Positions 26,089 to 38,767 of a stretch of DNA of 53,586 nucleotides are shown piece after piece. The stretch is from positions 168,765 to 222,350 of the forward strand of contig NW_008246098.1 of assembly GCF_000281045.1 (NCBI RefSeq). The letters run 5' to 3'. Each line of letters starts with the position of its first letter. Within the stretch, counting starts at the first letter, position 1. The notes under the pieces are model-generated. The model had not been told where the DNA came from. It searched no databases and was given only the letters and a program-made list of their open reading frames with translations. The translations under genes were made by a program, and so were the position numbers. Origin of the DNA: Saprolegnia diclina VS20 (taxonomy: Eukaryota).

Positions 26089-28047
26089 CGTGATGGGCTC
26101 GGTCAGGCTGGGAAGATGCCACATGGTGCTTGGCGGAGGTTGGCTCGGTCGAGAGCAAATTCAAAACTGGCACCCGCACGCGACGGAGCGCTCGTTTGCG
26201 ACAAAAAAGGGTATGTCCCGCGCGTGTTTTTATTTGGTCGGGCTTTTTTTGTACTTGTGCAAAGGACCGGTTGCTTGCTGGCGACACCTCCACGTCACTC
26301 GCTGTCGTCCCGATACATCGATGGGCCAGCAAGCCGCTGCTCTCATGCTCCCAGTTGGCCCTTTCCCAGAGCACTGAGCCACGACCTTGGCTGTTGCGGG
26401 TCGCGGGCGGAGATGCGAGAGATTCGCTGCACGGGAATACTGTGGAGGCGTGTACGTCGTAGGGGCGCCGACGAGATGGTGGGTGATGGATGCGATTGGC
26501 TGTCGCCGCTGCTGACGCGGTGTTGTCGATCGTAGCGCGGCCAGTTGTGTGCTGAAAAGGGCTTTGTATGTCGCATCTTCGTTCGATCGAAGATTCGATG
26601 GGATGTGCGAGGCGCTGAAGCATTTGATTGGTGGCCGCCAGCAAGGATCTGACCGTTACGTCAGTGATGGTGTGAAAAAAATGCAAGCGTCCACGCGACA
26701 AAAAAGGGTGTCCACGCCCCGCTGTGGTCGCAACGTGCGCAGGCGCACGGGCTATCACAGCCCCTTGCCACTTGACAGAAGCACATAAGCAACACTGCGA
26801 CGAATGCCGGCTCGTCCCATCATTCGAATCGCAACGGCTGAAAGCCGCTTCCACTGTATGGCGAACGTGCTTGGGAGGATTGCCCCAACCTGGGAGCATC
26901 GGACGCAGCAGTCGTGCAATAGAAACTTCAAGCGTTCTCAGGCGCAGCATTTGATGTTGGCAAAGCAGAGTGGCACGACGCAGGGTAGGACCTCTGATTG
27001 ATACGAAAACAGTACGCGAACCCAGCGCACCCAACAAACTTGGTAGCGCTCCTGTAGGCCTCCCGCAGAGCCTGCACGCTGTGGTGCACAAACATGCGCG
27101 CGGCGCCCAGGCCATGGCCGTATCCCACGGTGCAGCTTTGGGATCGTCACATTCGAGAGGTGTACCTCGTTCAGCCCAGCCCGGTTTTCTTGCCCAGAGC
27201 ACATCGACGCCACAGGCACCCAGAGAGCAACATGCATTGCAACAGGATATTTGTTTTCAGAGTCTTATACTTGGCCAAAAACTCACGTTGAAGAATGACA
27301 AAGCACAGGGTATTGAATATGACAGGTCCGTTGGCGTTGCGCAAACGAGCACGATCCGCGATGGCCGCGTGCAATGCGCATGGGAGGTTGAAGTAATCGA
27401 CGATCGTGTTTTTAGCCAACACTGTGTATTTGTGTAGTATATGACGGCGTCGTAGTCGTAGAACGGCCACTGTATGCGGGGTGCAAAGAGCGCTCGCTGC
27501 TGCCTCGTTACGGCGCGTTTACGTGGTGCCAGGGACAGCACGCGCGGGGCGAGTGGCGTCACACGCGCCAACGCCACACGCCACACGAGCGACCGATCCC
27601 TAGCGACCAAGAGTGCTGGTTGCTCACGCGGTCGTCCCGTCGCAAGCGCATCGATGATTGGTCCAACGCGGATCCGATTATGGCAGGGTTGTCGCGGGTG
27701 GACCCCTTTTTGGCTACTCGCCCGCGCTGAATCTTCGAAAGAATCTTTTGTCACATTTTTGAGCAGTAAACTGGCGTCAAAAATGGACGATCATCGGCGA
27801 CATGGGCCGGGGCGAGGATCGATGACGCATGCCAATATCCGAAGGTCGCAATTGCTCCGAAACTACATCCTGGTGTGTCGCGACATCCCAAGTTGAGAAT
27901 GAATTTTTGAATTGTTTCCTGTCGCTTGCCAGCGGTTGCCTGCTTGGATTCAAAATACATCGTATGCGGCCGAGATGACAGCATATCGTACAGAATGGTG
28001 GTTGGGGCAAGAAGCGAGTTGATAGAAGAGCTCTTTTAGAAAAGGAT

Positions 28048-28337
28048 NNNNNNNNNNNNNNNNNNNNNNNNNNNNNNNNNNNNNNNNNNNNNNNNNNNNN
28101 NNNNNNNNNNNNNNNNNNNNNNNNNNNNNNNNNNNNNNNNNNNNNNNNNNNNNNNNNNNNNNNNNNNNNNNNNNNNNNNNNNNNNNNNNNNNNNNNNNNN
28201 NNNNNNNNNNNNNNNNNNNNNNNNNNNNNNNNNNNNNNNNNNNNNNNNNNNNNNNNNNNNNNNNNNNNNNNNNNNNNNNNNNNNNNNNNNNNNNNNNNNN
28301 NNNNNNNNNNNNNNNNNNNNNNNNNNNNNNNNNNNNN
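28048..28337. other. Assembly gap
   Basis: N run. Confidence 1.
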
Positions 28338-29092
28338 CAACGTACATTCTAGAAGCCCTCACTTTCGAACGGCGACGGCCGCGACGAGACGCCAGCTGGA
28401 CGCACCATACAAACAGAAGGTGGTCATGACCCGTCGCGTTCGAAGTAGCCAAGATCGCCTAGCCGTCCGAGCCATACGCTGCGCTGGAATCGAATTTGGC
28501 TCCGCCACCATCGCCATGGAATATTGTTGGGTCTCTTCGGTGCGTCGTCATGCAGCCAAACGCCTGACGTTGTGTCGTTCGTTTCGTGCGCAAGTACAAG
28601 GGCGACACCGACGCGCGCGTTCGTCGAACCGCTCGCGCATGGCCTTTCTTCGCTACGTTCTGTATCGAACCACGAGCCTTGCGAGCGACGCTTGATGGGA
28701 GCGTGGCGTCTACTGTGGAGCGCGCTACTGTGCAAGAGGGGTCTGTCATAGCATTTGTCGGTCTGGTGTGGGAGTGTACACGTAGCAATGCGTGAGCTAG
28801 CACAATGGCTGCCGTGCACGAAATTGACGCCAATGGTTTGCACCAGAAAGCGCCGAGTCCACCGGGCGCTACTTGTGTTCCAGACGCGATCCGGTGCAAT
28901 GACCCTTGGTGCAGTCGCTACCTGGTTCCTCTTGCGAGCCACGATGACTAACGGTACTCGCTGACGCACCGGCCACGCCTCACAGCACATTAGGTAGTCC
29001 ACCACCTTATCTTTATAATAGCATGCGAATGAATATCATATTGAATCAACTACAGCTTCATTCTGCTCCGGTTTCATAACGTTCAAGTTACC

Positions 29093-29544
29093 ATGAGTCG
29101 GTCGGCGGCCACCCGCCTGGTCGAGAGCGACGACGACGACGAGTATGGCAACAACAGCCAGCACGACGTGGTCTTGAGCCGCGAAGACTTCGACTTGCTG
29201 CAGGTCGTGCGTCTCCTCTTTGCGAGCTCACGGAAAGAGACAGGCGTTCCACAAGCTCATTCCAGTGCCGGCGCTCGCGTCCGGCATCACGCGCGTCGTG
29301 TGCGACGAAGAGCTCCAAGTTGGCGACGAAGCGGTGCACTCCTTTTGCCATTGGTCGGCTCAAGGATGCAATAGATGCCGGCGCCTGGTCCCGAGGTCGA
29401 CGACGTGCCCGAAGCAGCCTCGCTGAGCGCGAGTGCATCGCACGTCTCGATCGTCCGGCGCCTCTCGCGGTCCTCGACGCCGGTATCATTTGCCGCATTT
29501 CAACCAACGTGATGAGCGAGAGTAGGAGGGCGTCTTGCGACTGA
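29093..29544 (+). CDS. Hypothetical protein, probably three exons
   Basis: MSRSAATRLVESDDDDEY...DLLQ / AFHKLIPVP...GDEA / DAIDAGAW...ASCD can be joined by GT-AG introns; no family recognised. Confidence 0.5.
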
Positions 29545-29727
29545 CCAAGCCGTTGACCAAGGAGGTCGACCTCGCCAAGTTTACACCGCGCCAGCCCCAG
29601 CCACCGCGCACGCCCAAGCGTACCTAGTCTCAGCGATACAACCGTGCACGCCTCTTCTATGCCCATGATCCAAGCAAATGCAAACAAAGGAAAGAGAATG
29701 AACACGAGAGATTCACATGAGAACGCT

Positions 29728-29809
29728 CCAGACGCCGGACCTGATCTCGAGTGCTAGTAGCCCGCTTCGTGCAGGTTGATAAGAGCACCGTCATTACAGT
29801 GGCGGCTGG
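29728..29809 (-). promoter_or_regulatory. SECIS element (form II-like) in the SELENOF 3' UTR
   Basis: Minus strand: CCAGCCGCC..AUGAC-GGUGCU-CUUAUC-AA-CCUGC-ACGAA-GCGGG-CUACU-AGCACU-CGAG..GGCGUCUGG, giving helix I, UGAC/CGAG quartet, helix II, unpaired AA and apical mini-stem. Confidence 0.85.
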
Positions 29810-29814
29810 ATGGT

Positions 29815-30346
29815 CTAGAGCTCGACGCGAGCGTACCGTGCTGGCGCGAGGAGGAGCGTCACATAGTCGCGGATCGACGCCTCCTTCCACGATTCGACCC
29901 TACGCAGCGCTGGTACGTTTCCTGAGGGACATGGACGTACTCGACTGTGGTGTGCAGGGCGCCCGTGTTGTCGTAGAAGCGCAACTGCGGCTTGTGGCCG
30001 TGTTCATACTACGGCAGCGATCGCACCTCGCCTTCGACAAGACTAAGACTGGCGGTGCTACCTGGACCGAGAAGGTGGGCAGCGACCATTGGCCATGGTT
30101 CTGTACGAGCTGGACGACCTCGGGGTACCGGCGCAGTGATCAGGAGCAGACGCGGAGCTGCGCCGACGCATACGTTGTCCGAGGCGTGCAGCACTCGAGG
30201 CATTCGCCCCGCGTCTCGGCATCGTTCCGGCAGCTGTCGCAGTCGATGGCCGTCGCATCGAGCCCCAGCGCTGTGCATTCGTCGCGCGTGAGCACCGCCG
30301 CGAGCGCGCCACCAAGGAGCGCAGCGACGAGGCTTGAGCATCGCAT
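29815..30346 (-). CDS. SELENOF: Selenoprotein F (Sep15) homolog, 145 aa, in-frame UGA read as Sec
   Basis: Exons 30346-30062, 30008-29941, 29899-29815. Signal peptide, Cys-rich C..CDSC..CLECC, VCS-TGA(30140-30142)-SLRRYPEV aligning with Sep15 VCGUKLGRFPQV; ends RVEL. Confidence 0.9.
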
Positions 30347-31336
30347 GCTGGAAGATCGCACTGTGCGATCGTCCGGATACGAGGCGCCGCGGCTGGTTTC
30401 TGGTCTCTGATCTCGGATCGCGACCAGGCAATGGCCAACCGCACTACAACAGCACTGTTCTGGGGCTATCGACGTCCAGACGAACCTGCAGCAGCTCAGC
30501 ACCGCTGTACCCTGGCCATAGGAACTCGTGCACTCTCGTCGTTTGCCCATTTTTGTCTGCAATGACGGTGGGCGTTGCATCAAGATCGATAAGATCTTGT
30601 TGAAGCAAGGCCACTTGAAGGTGGGCGCGATACGACGAGAGTGCACTTTGCACCCACTTCAACGCCGACAAGATCCGTTCGTTTCACAGCCAAGGAGTTC
30701 ATGTACAGGTTGACTACCTCAGTACACGGCGGACATTTGTCATTGTCTTAAGCGAGTTCGTTCTAACTCTAGACGGGCTATTATATTCCATCGCAGTGGC
30801 TCCCATCGTGCACCCATACACACCCCTTCGCTCGAAGCCCGAAATGTCCTCCGCCCTTTCTGCACCGGGCGAGCGCATCATGTCCTGCGTGTCCACTCGG
30901 CGTTGGTCGTGATGGCCATCGCGACCACGCGCTTCCAAGCCTAAATATGGTGCAGCGATGCGCTCGTCACGACCTAGACATAAGAGAGAGCGCTTAGTGA
31001 GCTCTAGCGAGGTGCTTTAGCTGGTACGTACTGCGCTCGTCCCTCACGCTTTGCTCGGTCTATGTCTCGTTATGCTAGATACGAGAGCCAATCAGCGATG
31101 GCACGCGCTCATGCTGCAGGACATCCTGCACGTTCCAACGTCAAGTTACCGTGCGCAATCGACGTGGGGACGACGCATTGGTCGTCGCCAAGTCACTTGG
31201 GGTTTGTATCGGACGCCCCTCCGGATGAATGACACATGTTAACCGGTTGGCGCTGAAACATTCGGTTGGTATAAGCTCAATCCGGCCACCACCACCAGCG
31301 CGACGACGCAGTGTCCAAGTCGACGACCTCTGAACG

Positions 31337-33531
31337 ATGGGCGGCAAGAAACCTCTCAACATGCAAAACACGCGCGGGACGTGGAGCAGCTCGCCGTCAC
31401 ACCACACCTTCTCCGCCTCCAACCTCGCCATGAGCGACTACGCCGGCCCGTTCCACCAAGCCACCGGCCTCTACGACGTGGGTCTCTTGGATCTTGGCCA
31501 CCAGCCGCCGCCGCCGCCGTCAACCCCGGGCGGTAGGCCTGCCATGGCGAGACATCGTTGCGATGCTACTGTGCGTAGGCCCGTCGCTCATGCATGGCGT
31601 CATTGGCTCGACGCGCCCGCCGCTGGGCTTTGTACGCCGACGCTGCCACTGCAACGATTCTCATTCGTGATGGCAAATAGGAGCGCGCCGACCTCTTTGC
31701 CAACGACATGATTGACGCCAAGGTCTCGGAGCTTGTCGAAGCTATTGGCTCAAGCATGCGCCGCCAGCTCAAGCCCATCGTACGTTGCCTCGGCGAAGTC
31801 GCACTGCTCACACAAGGGTAGGCGCAGGCGCAGGGCGTGACGGGCGCGTGCAACTGCAGCGACGAAGTCTCCGAGTTGCGGCAGATGGTGCTCGACATGC
31901 AGCGCCAGATCCAAACGCTCTCGAGTCAGCAAACCGCAGACAAGTCGGCGTCGCGTACGTTTCTGCATCTGAATACAATCTCACGCAAGGCCACGTAGCC
32001 AAAGAGTCCAAGGAAGCGTCCGTGGCGGCCGTCATGGACCGTGTCTCGACGCTCGAGGGCCGGCAGAGTGCATTCCAGTCGCAAATGGCGCAGCTCTGCA
32101 AGTCATTGGGCACCGTCCCGAGTGCGTACCCGCTCTCTCGATGCTTGCATCTTATCTACGAACGTAGCGGGCAAGAATAGCAGTGGCAAGGCCGGAGGTA
32201 TCGCTCTTCCGAAGCCTCTGCTGCAAGAACTGCGAGATGAATTCGACACCAAGCTCAACGCCGGTACCCCATTTTGGCTCTGGGAGCGTTGCCGCTGATG
32301 AGCCATGTCGCCTCTAGCGACGCTCAAGCTCGAGACGGCCATGAACAAGCAAATCTCGGTTGCAATGGCCTCGACCGAGCAGCACATTGCCCAAGACATG
32401 GACGGTACGTTGCACGGATCCGCGTCACATGCGCTCAGTTCATGCATAGGACGCTTCAAGTCGATGACATCGATGCAGTACGACGACATTCTCAGGTACA
32501 CTAGGGCTCCTAGCAGCAACATGCTAACTTGGACTAGTTTGGTCTCGAGCGAGACGGACATTTGCCTCCAAAACACCAAGCAATGGCTCGAGGATAAGGT
32601 CGCACAGGAAGCGAAGCACCGCATGGCGCTCGAGGCCCGCATGAACCAGCAGTTTGAGAACCACGTCGAGTGGCTGCAGCAGCTCGAGTCGGTCGGGGGC
32701 AACTGGCACGGCACGTCGCCGCCGTACCAAGAGCAGATCGACAAGCTTGCTACGCACGTCCAGCAGCTCCAAGCCAACGTCGTGGCCAACGCAAGCACGA
32801 AGAAAGGAGACAAAACAGGTCCATTTTCAAAATTTAGTGATCACCAACTGCCGTGTCTCATGCGATATGCCATGTATAGCGGGTCTGACGCAAGCCCAAG
32901 TCAAGCAGATCCTGCACGACATGAAGGCTGTCACGGAGCAGTTGGCGCTGCTCGATATGGCGTGCGGTACACATATTGTCTGCAAATCATGCATGCTTAA
33001 TGGCGTGCGTCTAGCCAAATCCTCGGAAGCGAGCGAAGAAAGCAAGAAAAAAGTGGTCGGGCTACAAAAACTCATTGAAAAGATGATGCGCGACCAAGGC
33101 TCGGTCGAACAACTCCTGCAGCAATACGTCAGGTGCGGCCTCGAACCCATGACCGTTGACTTGAATTTGCTTGTAGCACGATTACGCACCAGGTAGCGAG
33201 CGTGACCCGGCAGTACGTGTCGGTGCGCATCCGCGACAACAACCGGCTGCTCGATGCCACGCTGCGCGCGCGGATCCCTGCGTATGTCGAGAACGAGACG
33301 GAGAGCTTCATGCTCGTACGACCGACGAGTACCCCGTCGAGCCCGCCCGAGCGTCTTGGCCTCGCCGACGGTACACTGATTATGGCCCGAGGCTGTGTCG
33401 CTCACAGTGCCGTAGGCGCACCGGGGCTCGTGCTGCGGGACGACGGTGCAGCGATCAATGAGATGCTTCTCGACAATGTACTCAAGATGGACTTGCCGGC
33501 GCCCGCGCCCGCGCCCACCAAGCAGCCTTGA
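31337..33531 (+). CDS. Hypothetical coiled-coil protein, many short exons
   Basis: Chain of plus-strand coding-like segments separated by GT-AG introns, with heptad-rich stretches (QEAKHRMALEARMNQQF). Boundaries approximate. Confidence 0.65.
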
Positions 33532-34154
33532 GCCACTTCAGAACTCGACCAGAGGCCAATGTTATAAACACGCTCCTTTGTGTGTCTTGGTCGTGGCAGC
33601 GCTTTGGCAGCTCGGTGCATTGGCGTGTGAAGGCTGGATATACCGTCATCACGTGCAGAGAAGAGCATACCGGCAACCTGTCGATGCCAACATCTCTTGG
33701 TGGCGCGATCTTGACCTGTTGCGCGACTGCGGTTTTGTGCGTATTGCTGAGGCTGGAGGTGCACAGCGCCCGAGTCCTTAGCCATGAACATCGCTTCTTC
33801 TCTCACATGGAGTTGTAACGTCATCGTTGGCGTAGTATAGACATGTGGTGGACCCTACCCCCACTGCAGTGTAATATATATATATATATGAACGTATTTC
33901 GCGTTATCTTCATAATTACACAAAGACTTTGCAGACGTAGAGCCTAGTAATCTCCTTCATTTGCTCGCCGGTCCGTGGCTGCGCAGGCGGCGGCGCGGGG
34001 TCGTCTGGCTCTTCTGTCGTCACCCGACACGCTTGTGGGCGCGGGTGAGGCACTGGACGACACGGTCGGTCAAAGCGTAGTAGTGCAGGAAACGACAAGA
34101 GCAAGTGCATTCACCATAGTACGCAAAAGTATATATTCACAAATGAGCTACAAA

Positions 34155-35507
34155 TTACGCGTCGTCCTTGTGCGGGCCAAAGTACTCAAAGTGCATGTGG
34201 TCCTCGGGCACCTTCCAGCCGCGGAGGATGGTTTGGATCGAGTGCATAAAGCCGGGCGGACCGCAAAAGAAATAGTGTGCGTCCTTGTTGGGCACGATGG
34301 CCTCGAGCGCCGCGGCGTCGACCGGCGCGTTGTAGAGCGCGTGGAACTTGAAGTTCGCGTGCGTGGCCGCGCGTGCGACAAACGTGTCGTGCAGCGCTTC
34401 GACCGACGGACTCCGCGCCGCGCTGAGCATCGTGATGGAATTCGCGCACTTTTGGTTCAGGAGGAGGTCGTCGACCATCGACGCGAGGGGCGTCACGCCG
34501 ACGCCGCCGCTCAAGAGCACGATGGGCTTGTTGTGGTCGACAGTCAGGAAGAAATCACCGCAGGGCACACCGACCTTGACGACGCTGCCTTCGCTCAGCG
34601 CGTCGTGCAGGTACGTCGAGACTTGGCCGACGGGTCCGTCGTTGCTCAGCGGCGCTTGGCGCTTGACCGTGATGCGGTATTCGTTGGCGTCTAGTCCCAC
34701 GATGAATATCCATAGACCAAATGACAATCCTGTACATACTCGGTGCGTTGGACAACGAGTAGTTGCGCTGCGTCGTAAATTCGGGCGTATCGAAGCGAAG
34801 GCCGACGTACTGCCCGGCTTCAAACCCGACCACAGGGCCGCCGTCCTTGGGGCGAAGGTACAAGGACGTGATCTCGTCCGACTCTGTCACTTTTTTCGCA
34901 ACGACAAAGTCGCGCCAGCCTTCCCAGCCACCGAGAGCCGCCGCTTTCTCTTCGCGGAGCTTGCGCTCGCGCTCGATGAGGATGTCGGCAAGGAACCAGT
35001 AGCCCTCGCCCCACGCCTTGAGGATCTCGGGCGTCGCAGCGTCGCCAAGCACCGTCTTGATGGCGGCCAAGAGGTGCGTCCCCACGACGCCATAGTGTTC
35101 GGGCAGAATGTAGAGCGACACATGCTTTTGCGCCATGCGCTCGACGGCCGACGTGAGCACGCCGAGGTCTAATAGCATAGCATCAGTATATGCGCCAAGT
35201 ATCGGCGTATGCACGTACTGTCAATGTTGGCAGCGTAGGCGCCAACGGCGGCAGCGAGTGCGGACGGCTGGCGCGCGCGGGTCTCGCCCGGCAGCACCTT
35301 TTGGTGGCTCGGGTTGAAGAGCGCCGAGATGGCCGGGTCGCTCGTGAGCATCGTGCCATACATGGTGCTGGTGATCGTATAGCCGTGCTCGGCCACGACG
35401 GGGCTCGTTGCCTTGATGATGCTGATCGTGCTCGGGCTCAAGGTCGCGAGCGTCCGGCAGCCGAGGCGCTTGGCCGTCGACGAGACGCTGGAGCGGAGGA
35501 ATTGCAT
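34155..35507 (-). CDS. hmp: Flavohemoglobin (nitric oxide dioxygenase), two introns, N-terminal extension
   Basis: Globin (ALFNPSHQ, QPSALA, AQKHVSL..PEHY) + FAD domain (GQYV, RNYSLS) + NAD domain (LLSGGVGVTP, CGPPGFM, EYFGP). Confidence 0.94.
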
Positions 35508-36257
35508 GTCTGGAAGAGAAGGCAAATGGAAAAGTGATCTTGTGGGCAACGGCGCCAGGGATAAAGGAAGGTTGAAGTGACCTACACAAAACCAAGTTGG
35601 CTCGTTACAAAGAAAATGGCGCCAAGGTGAGCCGATTGCGAGGCCACGAGACGCATTGATTGGCTCAAACGAAGCGATTTCAACGGAACGAACCAATCCG
35701 ACGCGTCCATTTTATCCGGATCCGGTAAAGCATCCGAAAGGCCTCGCAAACATGCCTTGTCGCGTTCGGTTCTATGCACGACATGGCGACCGACAAAAGG
35801 CGTCGCACGGCCACGGTGTCAAGCATATACTCCGACTATAATTATACGTAGTAGGAAATAACGTAGTTATTAAGGTGAAGACTGGACGATCCAGGTCTTA
35901 ACTCGAACAGTCAAATATCTTCGAGACTTCGATGACCTGTATCTTTGAATGTATCATTGTTTTCGATGGGATAAATCAGTCAAAACCTCTTATACTGAAT
36001 ATAACGTGCCTGAGGCGTTTGAACGCATTGCTGCGCGTGCACTTGGGGAGACTTGATGCGCTCGCGCTGCCTCTTTGGGACGCGTACACGACCTACGATA
36101 GTGCTATGTGCAGTGGCATGCGGCGGTGTGGGCTCATCGTGGCTCGAGCGACTCGCGACCACGTTAGGGCACGATTACCCTATTTAACGTATGTGCGTTA
36201 AAGTGTTTGACGGCAAATTTGGTTTAAAACGCTCCTGTTGGCGGCCGCAGAAATCGG

Positions 36258-38055
36258 ATGAACGCGTTCGAGTACCTCGCGACGCGGCCCGTCGCAAGCG
36301 TCGACCGGCTCTTCGACGACCCATGGGCGTGCCAAGCCGTCTTCCAGAGCCTGCCCGCGCTCTCGCAGCAGATCGTCATGCGCCTCCTCTTCGCCGCCGG
36401 CGAGACGACCCGCGAGACGATCCTCTCGTGGGTGCTCGAGTCGGCCACGGACGCCATGGTCGCGGCCATCGACAAGGTAGACCGCGCAGCATGACGACTG
36501 CACGGCTCATGTGCTGTAGCTCTTGCATCTTCGTGTCTTGACCAAGGCGCCGCATGGGCTAGCGCTCAACACACACTTCCAGGCGCAGCTGCGCACCGCG
36601 CTGAGCTCGCTCGGCGGGTCGCCGTGGGAAGACGGCCGGCAAAAGCTGCCAGCCGAAAAGCCGATTGCAGCGCTGGACCTCGAGCACTATGCGCGCACGC
36701 GCTGGGATGCTGTGCTCCACTTTATGGTACGTTGGCTTTTGCGCGCGTCGTCTCATGCTCGGCGCAGGTCGGGTCGACTGCCGTGCAGGCGCCGCCCGAT
36801 ACGGTCGTGCAAATCCTCGAGCAGACCAAGCTCATGCAGGCTTCGCCCGAAGACCGCCGGAAGCTTCACATTACGGACACGGGCTACGAGTTTATGCTCA
36901 AGGACATTCATGCGCAGACGTGGATCTTTGTGCTCGAGTACATCAAGAACATTGACAAGCGGGGCGTCATGTCGGCCGAGGAGATGCTCCAGTTCCTCTT
37001 CCAGATGAGGTCGTCTCGTCCAGCATCCTTGGCATGTTCATCAAGTTGCGTGTAGCTATTGCCAAATGCACCAGTACTATGCGGTGGCCGACCTCACACG
37101 CAACCAGCAGCAGCTCCTCGGGGACCTCGTCGAGCTCGGGCTTTTGTACCGCAGCAACTCGCGCGCAACACGGTAGTCCTTGCGTCGTACGCTCGCCGTC
37201 TTCGACCCCTCTGTGTAGCTTTTACACGACGAGTTTGGCCGTCAACCTCATCTTTGGCGGGCTCGCAGGCCAGACGCGCCCTGCGATCCAGATGAACCAG
37301 TCGCTCGAGAACTTTCACCAGGCCGCGGTAGCCGCTCGACCAATGTGACCGTCGGCTCACAGAGTCTCTAGACGGTGCCCAAGGGTCCAAGCGAGGCCGG
37401 CGGCGCGTCGGCGTCGCATTTGAGCATCATTGTCGAGACCAACTTCAAGGTCTATGCGTACACGTCATCGAGCCTGCACATTGCGATGCTGAGTGTGTTT
37501 GTGGACATTGTGGTTTGTTCCGACAATATTGTCCACAAGTTGACTGGACAGCTCGACTAGGTCCGGCTCAAGAACATGGCCGTGGGCTTCTTGACGCGCG
37601 AGAGCATTCGGTCGGCGCTCATCCACGGCATCTCGGCCGAGCAGGTACCGCTTTTTTTGCTATTTTTCTGCAAAATGGACATGTTGTCGCGTAGATTTAC
37701 GATTTTCTCATGCAGCACGCGCACCCCAAGATGGTGCAAAACACGCCCGTGATCCCTGAAAACATTGCCGACCAGCTGTACCTCTGGCAGCGTGAGCGCA
37801 ACCGAATCCAGTTTGTACCTGGCGAGCTCCTCGAAGGCTTTACGCTCTCCGAGGTACGCTCTTCGACGTTTTGTCGTCTGTCGAGCGGTATTTTCATGTA
37901 TTTTTTTCGTATTTTCGTAGGAGTTTGCGGCCGTCGTGCAGTACGCGCGGGATCTCGACGTCCTCACGTGGAGCGATGCATCGCAGCACAAGCTCACGGT
38001 CGCCCAGCACGGCGCCGACGCCGTGCGCAAATACATTCAATCGCTGCGGGGGTAG
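36258..38055 (+). CDS. GTF2H4: TFIIH subunit p52/Tfb2, multi-exon
   Basis: AVFQSLPALSQQIVMRLLF, YARTRWDAVLHFMV, ITDTGYEFML, IIVETNFKVYAYT, IPENIADQLYLWQRERNR. Confidence 0.95.
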
Positions 38056-38602
38056 AGTAACTGAAGTAGTCGCGTGTTGCATGCCACCTTGCGTCGCTCA
38101 GCACCATGTACCGCATCATGCGATAGCATCGCGAGGCTTGGAATATGGTCGATCTGGGGGCATAAATTCAACTCGTTTGGTCGACGAAGTGTTCGAAGCG
38201 CGGTCGGCTCTCATCGCTAGTCGGTCACTTGTGGCTGTCGTGACGTGGTGGCCATCGACGCGGATGCAGCAGCTATCTACGACCTCATTCTCGGCAACTG
38301 CAGTCTTGGTGATCTGCCACTGCCGCAACGCCACTGGCGACGTGGTCACCGGCGCCCATGTCCATGAAGCACCGTGTTTGGCAGGTCCACGAGTGGGAAC
38401 AGCGATGGCAGGTGGTGGAGAGCCCAGATGTGCCATGGCTGATGCGAGGATATCGTGGTCAGCAGTCGGCAGAGCAGCGATGAGCTTACGACGCTGTCAA
38501 CTCTACGTGACGACTGGATACAGAGGTGGGCCCTCCTCTCGACGGACCAACGTGCGAGCCATGACAAACGCAGACGTGGACGTTACGAGGTATACCAAGC
38601 TG

Positions 38603-38767
38603 CTAGACAATGTTGTCGGCGTCGTACTGGAGCAAGACGACTTGCGAGCACATGGACGCGCGGAGGACCATCATACCAAGCGAGACGACGAGCGGACCGA
38701 GGACGAGGAGGTTGCTCGAGACTGCGACGACAAAGAGGAGGCCTGAGGCGTCGGCGTCGGTCGCCAT
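38603..38767 (-). CDS. Hydrophobic microprotein A (54 aa)
   Basis: MATDADASGLLFVVAVSSNLLVLGPLVVSLGMMVLRASMCSQVVLLQYDADNIV; paralog at 39566-39718 has the same stop position and many synonymous differences. Confidence 0.7.
   Translation of the reverse strand: MATDADASGLLFVVAVSSNLLVLGPLVVSLGMMVLRASMCSQVVLLQYDADNIV

Noticed and set aside
26003..27754. 399-aa ORF and fragments faintly like a Harbinger transposase (HTVEAAF)
   Set aside because: No coherent catalytic motifs or TIRs; resemblance too weak without an HMM search.
12723..35507. Bacterial contamination or a transferred operon explaining the bacterial-like genes
   Set aside because: The genes are dispersed among intron-containing eukaryotic genes with similar codon style, and the flavohemoglobin itself has introns.
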